A stretch of 63,997 bases of DNA, counting the filler, from Catajapyx aquilonaris (lineage: Eukaryota), in assembly GCA_000934665.2 (NCBI GenBank). It is 4 parts of 4 records of this genome, joined end to end, with 100 filler letters (N's around TTAATTAATTAA, not from the genome) between each part and the next. Parts side by side here need not be neighbours in the genome. Positions count along the whole stretch, not along the records: positions 16,040 to 32,052 come from JYFJ02007339.1; positions 32,153 to 48,087 come from JYFJ02007340.1; 2 more parts are not named here. One strand, given 5' to 3'. Below are positions 21,201 through 34,875 of this stretch, piece by piece (the first letter of the stretch is position 1; every line of letters starts with the position of its first letter). The notes beneath the pieces are model-generated. The model was not told where the DNA came from and searched no databases. It saw only the letters and a list, made by a program, of their open reading frames with translations. The position numbers and the translations under genes were made by a program.

Positions 21201-23862
21201 TACTCCAGTCCAGACAAAAGCACTCCCCTGCCCCGTCCCCCTCCTGCACCTCTGATTCTGAGGGAAACTCTGTCGGATAGGAACCAAAGCGAATTAACCT
21301 GCCGCCAGTGGGGAATTTGATTTCTGCTCACGCTTCCTCCTCAATTCTACCCTGGCCTAAAATGCTATACCCGAAGGTCTACTGCCGGATCTGCACCGAA
21401 GCCAAAATCCATGGAGTATTCTCATAGTATAACATCTCAAACCTGAAGAATTGTTTCGTACACCTGAAAAATTGGTGCAGAAATATTGTGATTTATGCTC
21501 ATGTGAATTCATAAGTTCCAAGGGATTGCTTACTTCGGCCGCGATTATTCTTTGCCATTTTGGCTCACATGAATTGAACACATGGTTGAATTATGCGAGA
21601 CAAAACAATGCGACGTTTTCCATGTCGTACGTTTTGTTAGGTTGTACCAAGCAGGAAGAGGGGGGGGAGGGGGGTGTAATCCGATTATTTCCAATGTGCC
21701 TCACACGAACTGACTGTTTAATCCGTACTGTTGCATGCTGTCGGTTATTACATTAATTTGCCGCAAATTCTAAGTTGCTGCAGAACCACAGTAAATCCAG
21801 TGTCGCATGTGATTATTTTGGAAATGCAGTGGTTTTGGCCCCTTCCTCTTGGGCTTGGTAGTGCTCCTGGAAGGCCAAGTTCACACTCCAAAATTACTGT
21901 TTACCACAACAATCGAATCGCCTACTTTTAATGACAGCAATTATCTCGCGAAGCTTCCTGACAAATATCGGAACCAATTTTTCTCTATACATAAACTTGG
22001 ATTCCCGAATGCTGAAATTTTTGGGCTAATTACGCCCACCTTTGTGATGAGGGAGACAAACACTGGAGTTTTTTTTGACATTTTTTGCAAGCGCCCACTT
22101 ATTAAAGCGTTGGCCCACCATTGAAAACGTCCTGGCATGGTTAATATGGAGAAGAGATTGTGTCTTGCTCGGGACTATTATTGAGAGATAATGGCAGTTC
22201 CCACACAATGTTAAGGTATCGTGTATCAGCCGAGATCATTAAGAGAGGATCCCACCCCCACCCCCCACCCCACCCCAGCCTCTCTCTTTTGCAATTAGCA
22301 GGAAGATGGGTATTGATTTTATGCGGCTTTAATTTTGTATTCCCTAATTAGCCCTATTATTGCAGAATTATTATTTCTCCTCCGGACCGCACCGGGATGC
22401 AAGACGTAATAATAATGGGGGGGGGGGGGGGGNGGGCTGAAAAAAGGAACAATAATAATAACAGGAAAGTGGCCCGCTGGTCCTGCTCTTATTCCCATGT
22501 ATCATTACTGTCGGTATGAAAGGGCCTTAGCCACTGCGCACCAGTGCTGCCAACTGTACTACATCAACCTAATTAACGTCTCGAATAAAATAATTAACAA
22601 AGCTTACGTTATGTACTATACAATAGTGAGTCCAATTAACTTGCAAATGTTGCGCCAAAACCTAACCACTGAATCAGCATAAAAAAAATTCTGAACTAAT
22701 ATTACCTGGACGCTACATTACTAATAGCCTGGAAAAATGCCTAACTAATAACATGCTCACCTGGGAAAAGCGTAACTAATAATAACCTGAAAACGTAGCT
22801 AATAATAGCCAATAGCGATAACCTAACTAATAGTGGACCCATAATAATAACTCTAACAATCATTATTTTAAACACAGATCCAATAATATTAATGTGTACT
22901 TTCTCTAATCTAACTTAACCACGATGAGTTTATACCACAGACATTTGGCTTGACTTAACAAGCCGTAAATTAACTGAATTTTGAGTGAAAATTATTTTGA
23001 CGGTTTCAGGACGGTGCGGGTCCTTAGGGCCCGATAAATTTCCCTGACCGCATTAGGGTTGGACCCATGTTGTCTTACGCGAGGTGGACTCCAGGGGTCA
23101 AGCGAGCGGATTTTCCGCATCTGACCGCACATGGAAAGGGATTGAACTCCTTGGTCTTATTCAGATTTATAAAAAAAAGTCACTGCTTAAAAGAGGTGGC
23201 TCCCCCGCCCCCTCTTCCTTTGAATACCCCCTCTTCTTCGTAGAGGTTGATGATGATCCACTTTATCAAGACCCCCCCCTTTTGAGAGAAAATTTTCATT
23301 CCTCTCCGCTGAAGCACAAGCCGCTTTTGCCGCGATGCAAGCCCCCGAGAGGAGGAGGAGGAGGAGAGCCCTGTGTCCATCCATAACACTACTCTACCCC
23401 TACCCTCCCTAGGTCCGCGCTTATTCACTCCCATCACGCCTTACGGGCTCTTCCTCGCTCCAACATTTGTATACATTTAACACCCCAGCCTTTGCATGGG
23501 TTGTCAGCCCCCGTAATAAATAACCAACAAAAAAGGGAAGGACTACAGAAATTGACTGATGCAACGGGTTGCTAGGAGAGAGAGAGAGATGGACAGATGA
23601 ACAGAAGAGGGAGATAAATAAGGATTTTAAAAAAAGGGAAACCCAGCAGCTATACAAATAGCTGCGTAGAATAAGCAGCTTTTTCCAATGAATTCATACA
23701 AACAATAAATAAATTACTGTTTAAAATTATCATCTAAGCATAAAAGCTAGAAACAACGGCTTGAAACAAGCAGCTGACTTTAAGCATAGCAGCTATAAAA
23801 TAATCGTCTTAAAATTAAACAGCAGGATATTTATTGAAGCATAAAAAATAACGGCTGGTTTC

Positions 23863-23864
<2 letters not shown>

Positions 23865-23937
<73 letters not shown>

Positions 23938-24220
23938 TCACACCCCGTTATCAGGCGGCGGCTCTTTAGGGGGGATATTTTTTGACGGGAACTCTTCTTT
24001 TCGTTTTTACTGCGCTTTTTGGGATAGGATAGGAAAGGAAGGAGGCGGCTGTGGCCTATTAGTTTAGGAAACAACTCCGGAATTCTCCTGGAGAAACCGT
24101 GGGAAACCACAGAAAACCACGGTTAGAGTTGCCGGCACCGGGATTCGAACCCAGGACGGCAGGACCTCCCGATTAGCAGTCGGATACTATATCCCCTCCG
24201 CCGCCACTGCTTCGGTCAGG
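23865..24220 (-). mobile_element. tRNA-derived SINE with (ATT)n tail
   Basis: Minus-strand B box GGTTCGAATCCC, an (AAT)n array 23863-23937 as the tail, and TGGTTTCAA on both sides (23856-23864 and 24221-24229). Confidence 0.8.
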
Positions 24221-26469
24221 TGGTTTCAAGCAGCTTTACGTTGAAGCATAGCAGCTATTAAATGAGCAGCCTGGTGCCAAAGTCGCTGTTTAGAAAGTCG
24301 CTGCGGTAAATAACTGCGATGCATATCAGGGGTTGGAAAATACATTCTTCTTCTTCTTCTCCACGGTTGTTTGTGCGTGGTTGCGGATCTAATTGCATAT
24401 GAAAGGGCATGACGTACCGAGCAGTCTGGCGATGGTTTCGATCAGGTTCCCCGGATGTAGGCAAACCCGGGGAGAGCTGGTCCCGGGAAGCAAGAAAAGC
24501 CCAGCGGCGCACAGGAGGCAAACTTAGTGGGGAGAGGAGGAGGATGGAGGGAAGGAGGGAGGGAGGGAAGGAGGGNNNNNGAGGGAGGGAGGGAGGGAGG
24601 GAGGAGGCTGCAGAGCAGGAATCAATGCCAGAGACAGCGAGTTTGCATGTTGATTTATCGCGGCCAGGGGAAATTTCAGCCAAGATTTTCATGGCGGGGT
24701 GAAATCCAAGCATAAAGTTTTGGCTGAGGCTTGGGAGGTAAGGGAGGAAAGGGGGTGGAGGAGGAGGAGAAGGCTTGCGGAGGTGGCTTGCTAATGAGCG
24801 GGGGCTAAAGGAAGCGCTTGGGAGATGAGAAGGAAAGGAAGCCAGTGGTGATTAGAACCGCAGCATCCACGACTAGCCTAAGGAAAACCATTGCCGGTTT
24901 AGGACCAGGCCAACCCCACCACTTCTCCAAAAATATTTTTGGAAGGAAAAAAGAGTTATGAGCACTTGCAATCTCTGAAGAAGCGCATTATTATCATGAG
25001 GCGCTTTATGCTAAAGCGCTTTATGATGCGTCAGCTCGTTCACATGATGTTTTTGTAATAATGCCCGACAAATTCGGTTCCTCCGTGTCACTGTAGCCTA
25101 TATAGCCCTCCACGTACTGTACTTTTACCATCATCGATCAGGAGAGAGATTAATTACTGCGGATAATGTTTAGAGCTTAATGAAATTTATCTTTCGGCGA
25201 GGAAGTAGAAAGAGATTAAAGTTCCACAACATGAAGCTTGGAATTGCAGGGCCGAGAGAGGGAGGGAGAGAGAGGGGTGGGGGGATAGAGAATCTGCATG
25301 TAATCATGGAGCGGGGACATTTATCAACTTCGGTTCCCCGGGAAAACTGGTTACTTAGTGTGAAAATTTTTCTGGAGCTGCTCCGTTAGCCGCACCTCAC
25401 GGCCAAGTCAAATTAGGGAGCCAGGCGAGACGCGTCTCCAATCGCGTTTAATTTCACCCCTCATCCCTTTATTCAACTATTTTGCTCCAAACTGCTCCTT
25501 TTTTGTCAGTTACAATTTAAAACTTACTTTCAGCAGCTGCGTTCGGACAGTTATTTAACAGCTACTTTTGAACAATATATCATTTTAGCAGTTATGGTTG
25601 ACCAGTTATCAGTTATTTTTGATCAGTTACTTTAGCAGTTTGACTCTGAAGAGTTATTCAGTTATCTTAGCAGTTACTACATTTTAATGGCTATTTAGTA
25701 GTTGCTTTGAAACTTACTTTAAGCAGTAACATTTAAACACTCGTTTAGCAGTTATGTATCTGTGTCTCCGGAATGTGTGGTGCAACTGGCCTTTCATTTG
25801 AACACTGCGATTTGCTTCCATTACAAAACGGTTGCTGTGGAGAACAATCCGCAACTTCTGTTAACATGCACGGAAAACAGTTTTTTTTTTCTAAAAGAAT
25901 GTACAGCCGCAAAACCGGGAGCGGCCCGAAAGGTCAAAGGTCGGCGCCGCAATGTTGCAACATAGGCCGCATAGGCCGAGCATAGATGAGGATGAGCAGG
26001 CAGCGTCGGCGGCGTCGGCGTCGGCGTCGGCGTCGGGAAAAAGAGAGGAGGAGGAGGAGGAGGCCGGTGGAGGAGGCGGCCTCGGGCGGCTGCAATGCGT
26101 CACTTCACCATTATATCAATCACTTGTCACCCGATCCAGCCACGTTCCATCCACACCTATCCGTAGTGGGTGGGCACTGCAATCCGCCAAAAAAAATTCG
26201 CAAATCCTCCCACGATTTGCTATTTTCATTCAAGTCCTCCTTCAAAAACACACCCGACGGAATAAGGTCATTTCCCTTTCTCCCCATCCAAATTTTTTTT
26301 CCCCCACCCGTATTCAAACCGCTTTGTAACACTGTATGCAGTAATTTTGGAACAAGTTCCGGTATTGATTTTCGCAAGGGCTTAAAGTACTGCGGGCTCG
26401 CTCATGCACTACACCGAAGCGGGTACTGTACCTGGAAAACCTTGACTGTGTTGCGTGCGGATCAAGTAC

Positions 26470-26880
26470 TTTTAGAGGGGCGGGTATGCGTTCAAGTACA
26501 ACTTCGGTGTCGTTGGACAATTTTGTTGAATGTGCCCAAATTTTCTGTACGATAACTAACAAATTTGTGGGGTAAATCATATATTACTCCATATTTTGTT
26601 AGTTGCTGCAGAAAATTTGGGCACATTCAACAAAATAATGTTGTCCAACGACACCGTTGTACACTACTTGAATGGTTTATGACTTAGGCAATTTTGTTGA
26701 ATATGTCCTTACTTCACCTCCTAAAGGAGTAAGGAAAGACACATTACCCAAAATCCGGTACAGTTGCAAAAATTCAACAAAGTTGCCTAAGTCCTAAACC
26801 ATTCAAGTACAGCAACGGTGTCGTTGGACAATTTTTTGAATGTGCCCAAATTTTTTGCAACTGTAACAAAATTTTTTCCG
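26470..26880. repeat. Direct and inverted ~45-bp repeats, likely transposon-derived
   Basis: ggtgtcgttggacaattttgttgaatgtgcccaaatttt at about 26506 and 26817, with an inverted copy at about 26612-26655. Confidence 0.6.
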
Positions 26881-29800
26881 GGATATGTCCTCCTTACTCC
26901 ACCTCCTGAACCGGAAAACTCCGGGCGTGTATATACCGTATACAAGTATACAAGTATATATCGAGGGAGGGTTGGGTGGCAAGCGTGCAGAGTGCGGGGC
27001 GAGGACGTAATCTCTCCGTCACGAATTAGACCGTCACGAGATGCGGTTTGTCTCACATGCGTCATCCACGCTTAGGGGGGCTTGCATGTCACTCCGCGAT
27101 CCGAGACCTCGAGCTGGAAAAGAATATCCTGTCAACTAATCACAAGGGTCTCATTTGCATGCTGAATAGGGGGGCGCATAAGGTGGTCCTGGTTGTAGGG
27201 TTGAGAGAGAGAGAGAGAGTCAAAAGTCCATCATTTCTTTTCAAATCCTACGCAAATTTATCTAACACGCGTGTAAATCTTTACAAGCCATTAACATCCA
27301 TATGTAGAAATGGCAACGTTTGTTTGCTTTCTTGTTTGTCCAGGTTTGGTTACAGTTCAGAGGTTTCTGTATATAAATTTTAAAACCAGTTGAAATCATA
27401 CACAATTCATCAAAATATTACTTACATCCTTTATGATTTTAAGTCAGTTAAAATGATGCGATTTTAAAAATAGCAGTAGCAGCGATTTCCGTTATTGAAT
27501 ACAACGCTATTTTCAAAATGAAATGGTTGCAATGGAAGTTTCAGTGCATTATTTTTAAAACGAGTTGAAATCGTGCAAAAAATGTAACATATTGCTACGT
27601 AAATCCAAAATAGGTTAAATCATGCGATTTTAAAAATAGCCGTAGCAGCAATTACAGTTATTGAATAAAACGCTATTTTCAAAATAGAAGTGGTTTCTAT
27701 ACATTCCTTTAAAATCTACTGAAGTCATTCGCAAATCTTTAAAATGTTACTAAAATCAATCCAAACATGATTTTAAAATATAAGTTAATCTTATGCGACT
27801 CTCAAAGAGGAGTCGCGGGGATCGCTGTTATTAATAAAGCGCGATTTTGCATATAGCAGTAGTAGCAATCACCGGTATTGATAACCACTATTTTTACTAA
27901 TCGCCGTTATTGATAAAACGCGACTTTCAAAATCACTCTAGTCAAAAATTCATGACGTCTGCTGTTCCAGCCACCCTTGAAGGTGATGTTCGCAGCTTCC
28001 CTGGCCAACTTTTTTTTTTTTCCTTTTCCGCTGCCCACAATTTTTGTCGGATACCAGAGCAAACCTAGTTATGGAATAACGATAGCCAGTTTCCTGTGCC
28101 ACACTGTAATGACGGCATCACGACACCGAAGGCCTGCTTTGACGTCACCAGACCTCCCTCTCTTTTTTTGTTCTCTCTCCTAGAGAGAAGGTTCTTTCTC
28201 TGAGCCTGGCAGCAGATCACCTCAACCAGCAGCAATAAACGTTGCCAGCTGCGGGATTTCATCCTCTCCGTCATTGATTTTTCTCCTACTTCTCTTCTTT
28301 CTCTCTCCTCCATCCCCCTCCATCCCCCTCCCCGCCATCCCTCTGCCCCCCCTTTTTTTTTCTCTCTCTTTCTGCACGACACTGCCTCCCCCTTTTCGGT
28401 CAGGATTTTGGCCTGGATTTGGGAGGAGGTGGCCCCCATGACCAGCCCAGGCCACTTATTGCTGCCCCCTGGGCACACCCATCTTGCCACGTCCAGAGGA
28501 AGCTCCTGTGAGAGATATATACACATAGAGACGCGTTGCTAGAGGCCTACTTGCTGAAAATGAAATATCGGTGGGGTCCGCTACCCGGAAGACTCTGAAA
28601 TAAAATTATGGCCACTGGTATCGAGACTAGAATCTCTCCTTTTTTATATGTCTGCTCGGTCTCTAGAGAAACACTAGCCTCGAAAGTTAGGTGTACCTTA
28701 CATGTGGCGTAAATACCTTATGACCGTGTGTATTGTATATCAGATTTCAAAAGCGACAATGCCTGTTATCATGCGGAGATCTTGTAGAAACCGCGGACAC
28801 AATGGTATCACCTTGCATCCTTTCTTCTCGTGCAATATCATCTAGTGGAAACCAAACCCGCGCTTTGAAATCAATACTATTGGTATTGGCTTACATCTGG
28901 ATATATTAATTTTGAGGTTGCCCCACCTTCTCTTTTCCCCCCTTTTTTTGCGTGCAACAAAAGCCACCTTCCCTTGGAAGACTCTTCAAAAATAAGTTCT
29001 GAAGCACCTGCGGTAATCCAGCCAGTTGTGAGCGCACTTTATAAAAGAGCTAAAGAAATGTGAGCCAGATGTTGTCTCTTTCGAAACAAAAGTGAAATCT
29101 TTGCTTCAGGGACTATAATGGAGGGTTTGAAAATCGATTTACTGGGTAGAATATTGGTTTGAAAAAAAAAATGTTTAGAAAGGAGGAAAAACACTGTCAT
29201 CTCCTTTAATTAAACCAAACCTCGCTGCATATATGAATTGATGTGGGAACAAACACTAATCAAAATTTTAGGTAAGGTAAGGTAAGGTAACCCAACCTAT
29301 TCTAACCTATTATATTGAGAGTAGACTCTCGGCAATTATCGATGTAACTCTGGATATAACTTAACTGTTGATATACCGGTACTGTAACTTTGTTATTATT
29401 TTCTGAATTCGTGCTAGAGCTACCAGTAATTAATAGTCAGAAAAGTTGGCTTAAGCTCACAGATACTTACACAAAGAGAAGTTTTTTCTGCACACATAAC
29501 GCGTTTGTACCTAGTGATAAAACCTGGAGTGTTGAATAATTAACATTACGTCAATTGAATTTTAATGATATATTAGTATGAGGGGTGTTAAACTCTAAAT
29601 ACCTTCCCCCCTCATTCCCACCTGGTCTCTTGCAATTTGATTGCATGCTCTGGGATGAAGCTGGTGTTTACTATTCGCGGGGCTTTAATTGGAGGAGTAT
29701 CTGTTTGCTCAATTTCGGGGGGAGAAGATAATAGGTAGTGCTTGTGTTGGGGAGGTTGTTGATGTATTACTACGCACCAGGCCCTCCCCTGCCTTCAATA

Positions 29801-32052
29801 AACAATTTGACAGCCTCAAAAGTGCCCGGGTTAGCTTTTCCGAGCCTTGTTTGGGGGGAGCTCCAAAGGTACGGAACAATTAGCGCAAACCACACGCAAT
29901 GAAAACCGCGACCTGCTCTTGGGATTGTAAGCATGCTTTTCAGGCCTAAAATAAACGCAACCGACATTACGATGCCAACATGTCCTAGTTACGGCACAGT
30001 TTGATTACGGATTGTTCACTCCAGAAAACCAGGTCGAATAAAGCAAACAATCGTAGAAAAATGCTTCTATAGTTAACCGGAGTTAATATATTCCAATCCA
30101 GTATTTGCGGATATGACACTGGCACTGAATATAACAATGTTCAAGCCACTATTTTCAGCCCCGCTAGCATATAAGCTGCTTGGTTGAATCCCGGGCTGAA
30201 AATAAGCGTTAGAGTGACTGAGCTCAAACCAATATTTTCGACCCTCAACCATGTAAGCTGCTTGTGTGAATCGCTGTCCGAAAATAACGACCTGGATATA
30301 AGCTTTATAACAACTCAAAATAACAGTTGTTCAAGCCGCTACTTTCGGCTCTCAATCATAAAAGCGGCTTGTTTTAATCGCGGGTCGAAAATAGCGACTT
30401 GAATAACAGTTGTTTCACATGACAGCGGCAAATATTATCTCGTTGTATGTCTCTAGCGACCAAAAAAAGTGTCTCTCATGAACTGTAGACTCCACGCAAC
30501 AGTATAGGCCTACGCAAGAAAATGCCCGAAGCAATGCAGTGAAGTATACCGTATGAGGAGCAGGGCGATAAGACTCGTCTCCTCCGGATCCGAAAGGGCC
30601 TTGTCTTATCCTTGCTAAAGACAAGCGGGGGGACTCGAGTAGCTGGATGTAATCCTTCCCCCCTCCTTCCCCCCATCTTCACAACCTCCCTCCCCCTCTT
30701 TCTTGTCTGGCACAAAGGGGGGGGGGGGAGGAGCCTTGACTTATTCACATTAGAGGAGAGAGAGAGAGGAGGGAGCGACACAGGAACCGACACAGAATCA
30801 CCTCAGACTCACAAGCGCATGCTGCTTAGAGGCCGTTATTAGTGCAGGCTATAAAAACCTTTATTAGCCTATCAACGCCCGGCGCCATTCACTTTTTGGG
30901 AACGCGGCCCCGAATATGTCCAGTCATAAATAAGCAGGATAAGAAACGCGATCCGGACCCGACGACTTGTTTCGGATTGATTTTGTAACGTATATGCAGC
31001 AAAATATTACCAACCTACTTAACTGCCGCGCCGGTTAAGTATATTCGGAGTGTAAAACCCCCCCATCCACACACAACCTATGCAAATGTGTTTGACAACC
31101 CGTGACATCCATGTGACAGGTTAACCTTGTATGAAAACTGGTCCGCAATTGAAATAGATTGGTGTAACCCGCGAGTGCTGAACCTCCCAATCGACCAGAC
31201 GGATATATAAAACATACACTTTTGCCTGGTTTCACCCCCCCTAGAGGGCTCCAGAGAGTCACTTGGGCGAGAGGCAAATGAAATCTGGGCTCCAGGACAC
31301 GTGTAGACAAGCGTCAATTCTCCGGCGTGTCGTGCAGCATTAATCAAGGCTACAGTACATTTGGCCCGCCGATGCATGAATTGGCAACGATAAATGTTGG
31401 AGCGGGCTTGGGCTGAGAGGGAGGGAGGTAGGGGGAGGGGGAGCTCAAAATCCCTGTCGTGTTATGGCAGTCTTGCCTCCCCCCACTATTTCTATCCCCC
31501 AGCGAATCACACGCGACGGTGACGACGGCGGAAAGTCCCACGGCAGCCCTTGCGACTCATTATTCACTTCCTGCACACCACCAGCAGAGAAAACCCGGTG
31601 TTGCACGGGTCAAATGCGCCTGAAATGTGTGCCCCAAGTCGGTGTTTTGCCCAACGGGTTCGCCACTGCTTTTTTTTAAAAAAAGGGCCACCCAATAAGA
31701 CCGTAGCGGTTATGTTTAACCGCTACAGGAAACATCGCGGGTCGGCATCGCTTTTTTCGGCCATCAAGAGGGTAGCAGCTACTTTTATCCGCTACAAGTT
31801 ACATCAGATGTCGCTATTGCTTTTTTGAAGTCCCTTAAGCGCTGCAAATCACTTTCTGCTTTACGCATTTGGCTGATGAGTGGCTTCACCTGAATATTCC
31901 AGGCTACCTGCACGTGTCGGGGAGAGGCCAGCAAATTGATTGCTGCATTAGGCTGGGGGCAAACACGGTGGTGAAGAACCCCTGTGAAGGGGCTAATTAG
32001 AGAAGCGGCTAGTGTCTGGGGAGGGCCGAGCAATCACTGTCCGGCTGCGGAT

Positions 32053-32152
32053 NNNNNNNNNNNNNNNNNNNNNNNNNNNNNNNNNNNNNNNNNNNNTTAA
32101 TTAATTAANNNNNNNNNNNNNNNNNNNNNNNNNNNNNNNNNNNNNNNNNNNN
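32053..32152. other. Artificial contig spacer
   Basis: 44 N + TTAATTAATTAA + 44 N. Confidence 0.97.
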
Positions 32153-34165
32153 CCCTAAAGAGTCTCTCGATGTGCCATAAATATTTGGCCGTGATATGTT
32201 AAATGGGAGCCGAGATTTAATTCGGGCTTCGAACTTAATGACTGCACCTGTATTTTAGGGGACGCACATTTACGTCTTTGCGAGAGATTCCGCAAGCTGT
32301 ACCTGCTGCAATGGAGGACATAATGATTGACAGATCGTGGTGTCCTCCACCAGACGCATCTGTTTCAGTGGTGCCACGTCTGGCTTGGTCAGATCCAACG
32401 GTCAAGAGTGACCAAAATGCGCAAATGGCTGGTTCAGTCATGAATGCAGGAAGGGGAAGTGTTACTTCCGGTAGTAGATTGCTGCAATTACGTAGCCTGG
32501 ACCCCTATGGTTTCCATAGGTATGAGGCAGTTGCCAGTACGGTGATGCAAACGGGTAAACGGGCAAATGGGGTCAGAATGACCAGAAACCCCGTGGTTGT
32601 TCAGCGGTGCGGGGGCATCCGGTGGGTCGTAGTCGTGGTGACAACCAACCTTTGACCTGTCGGTCATGTGGTCAAGTTGGCCATTACCAGTATGAGTGCC
32701 CGAAACTCGGAAACGAATTTGATGCCATGTTGGATACTGGAAGTACGGTGTCCATTTTGGGTAGTCAGGCAATTGAACTATGCAAGCAGCATAGAGTGCC
32801 AAATACAAAAGAAAAACCTTAACAGGTGCGCAGTTGAACTACTCTGTAAGTGACAAGGAGGCCCTTGCCATTTAAGAGTCGATCTTGAAGTGGAAGGAGT
32901 AATTCTTGGAGTATTCTAAATTTGTGGTCTTTACTGATCACGCACCATTGGTGTATTTTAATAAACTAGCGAGTAAGTCCGGCAGGATAGGCCGGTGGTC
33001 GCTGAACTAGCAAGGATTTGATTTTCAAATCAAACATGTTTGAGGTCAGGTTAATGTAGCTGCTGACTGTCTTTCACAGATGTATGAACGTCCGGGGTTG
33101 CCAGATGGAGAGGAATTTATGTCTACCGGTGGGAATACGTTTCCAGGGAGTGGTGACGTCGTAGGCAGTGCCGTAGCTCGCATTGGGGAGTCCAATGATC
33201 TGGCCGGGGCTATTTTACCCGCTAATGATGCTGTACCTGATTCAGGTTCGCAAGGTGACAATGGGAATATTGATACCAAGGAATTGAAGGATTGCCAATT
33301 AGCTAACGCCGATCTACGTGCGTTGCGTGATTACCTTGAAGGGTCACGTGGTGCGGAGATGGACGGAGGGTCCAGTGCGAGGCTTAGGGTAGATCTTCAC
33401 ATGTACTTGATCAATAGTTCTGTGCTGATAGCCGATTACATACCCGATAGTAAGCGCGAGGTTGCCACGCCTGGGTATAACCCCTTTAAGATAGTGGTAC
33501 CGCATGGCATGCGCGAAATCGTCATGCATGCATACCATATACCTGCGATAGTGGGTCACTTTGGAGCATATAGGACGCTTCGGCGTATGCGACATATTTT
33601 TACTTGGATAGGCCAGAAAAAATATGTGTTGAACTACTTACGGTCATGTTTTACGTGCCAATGTACAAAATCTGACCGCAATAAACCACTTGGTTTGTTG
33701 CAGTCATCTGAACCGCTGGTTCAGGCATTTCCGGACATTGCTATCGATGTCCAACGTCCCTTCCCTAAAGGTTGTTGAGTGCTTAATTGACTTTTGCATG
33801 AGACATGGATATCCACTGAGGATAACTCCTTATAACGCTGGTTATTTTAAGGGGAAGTTATTTACGTCTGCTTGCAAGGCGTTGGGGATTAAAGCGTCGT
33901 TTACGAACGTGTCCAGTCACTGGCAAAATATGACTGAATCAGTCAATGCACAGATTAAGAGGCTATTGATAGCTTATACGAATGAGCATCGTGATTGGTG
34001 CAAGACGATAAATGCAGTGTTGTAGGCTTGGCGCACATCTATATCCGAAATTACCGGATATAGTCCAGCCCACTTAGCGACCGGTGGAGTGTTTCAAAAG
34101 CCATTTGAAAACCACTTTTTGCAAACTGCAGAAACGGTGTCTCTGGAGAATGTGCATGACTATGC

Positions 34166-34564
34166 CAGGGAGCATATACTAACATAAGAGGCGCAAACTT
34201 CTGTCGGCGCCTGTGATGTTCGCGTCTCTCTGTTTAGGGCGTTGCCAAGGCTGGCGGCCAATTTGAAGTGTGTGGAACGCCAACGAGGTATAAATAGGGT
34301 ACAGGCAAAAATAGGGTCCGCCATCTTTGATGGTTTTGGCGGCCATGGCAACTACACGGCAAGAACACGCGCGAATTTGAATTCGATATTGGAAAATGGG
34401 AAAATGGCGGACCCCCGCGGACCTTGACGGCCTGCCTGTACCCTATTAATTATACCTCGTTGGTGTTCCACACACTTCAAAATGGCCGCCAGCCTTGGCA
34501 ACGCCCAAAACAGAGAGACGCAAAAATCGAATGTTTGCGTCTCTTATGTAGTATACGCTCCCTG
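34166..34564. mobile_element. Foldback MITE with long TIRs and 7-bp TSD (P/Galileo-like), inserted in the Gypsy integrase
   Basis: Termini CAGGGAGC...GCTCCCTG. ACTATGC is duplicated at 34159-34165 and 34565-34571. Removing the element rejoins NVHDYA-ENPRLRL. Confidence 0.9.
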
Positions 34565-34875
34565 ACTATGCTGAGAATCCCCGGCTTCGTTTAGCGAAAT
34601 CAATTGCTTCTGCCAGAAGTTGCATAATTGCGGCGCGCAAAAAGCAAAAAAATACTATAACCTTCATAGGAGGTTTGGTATTTTTAATGAGGGCGATTTA
34701 GTTCTCCGAAAATCGCATTTGCTCTCAGATGCATTGCGAGGATTCTCTCAAGGATTAGCGCATAAATATATTGGGCCTTTTAAGGTATACCGGCGTGTTC
34801 ATGAAGTATCTTGCTGATTAATGAACATGAATACGAATAAGATATTCGGTCCCATACATATTTCAGAATTGAAGA

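Noticed and set aside
23793..24110. Poly-Leu ORF
   Set aside because: Translation of the (AAT)n SINE tail.
25891..26555. Arg-, Ala- or Glu-rich ORFs
   Set aside because: They derive from (TCGGCG)n and (GAG)n simple repeats, with no domain or splice support.
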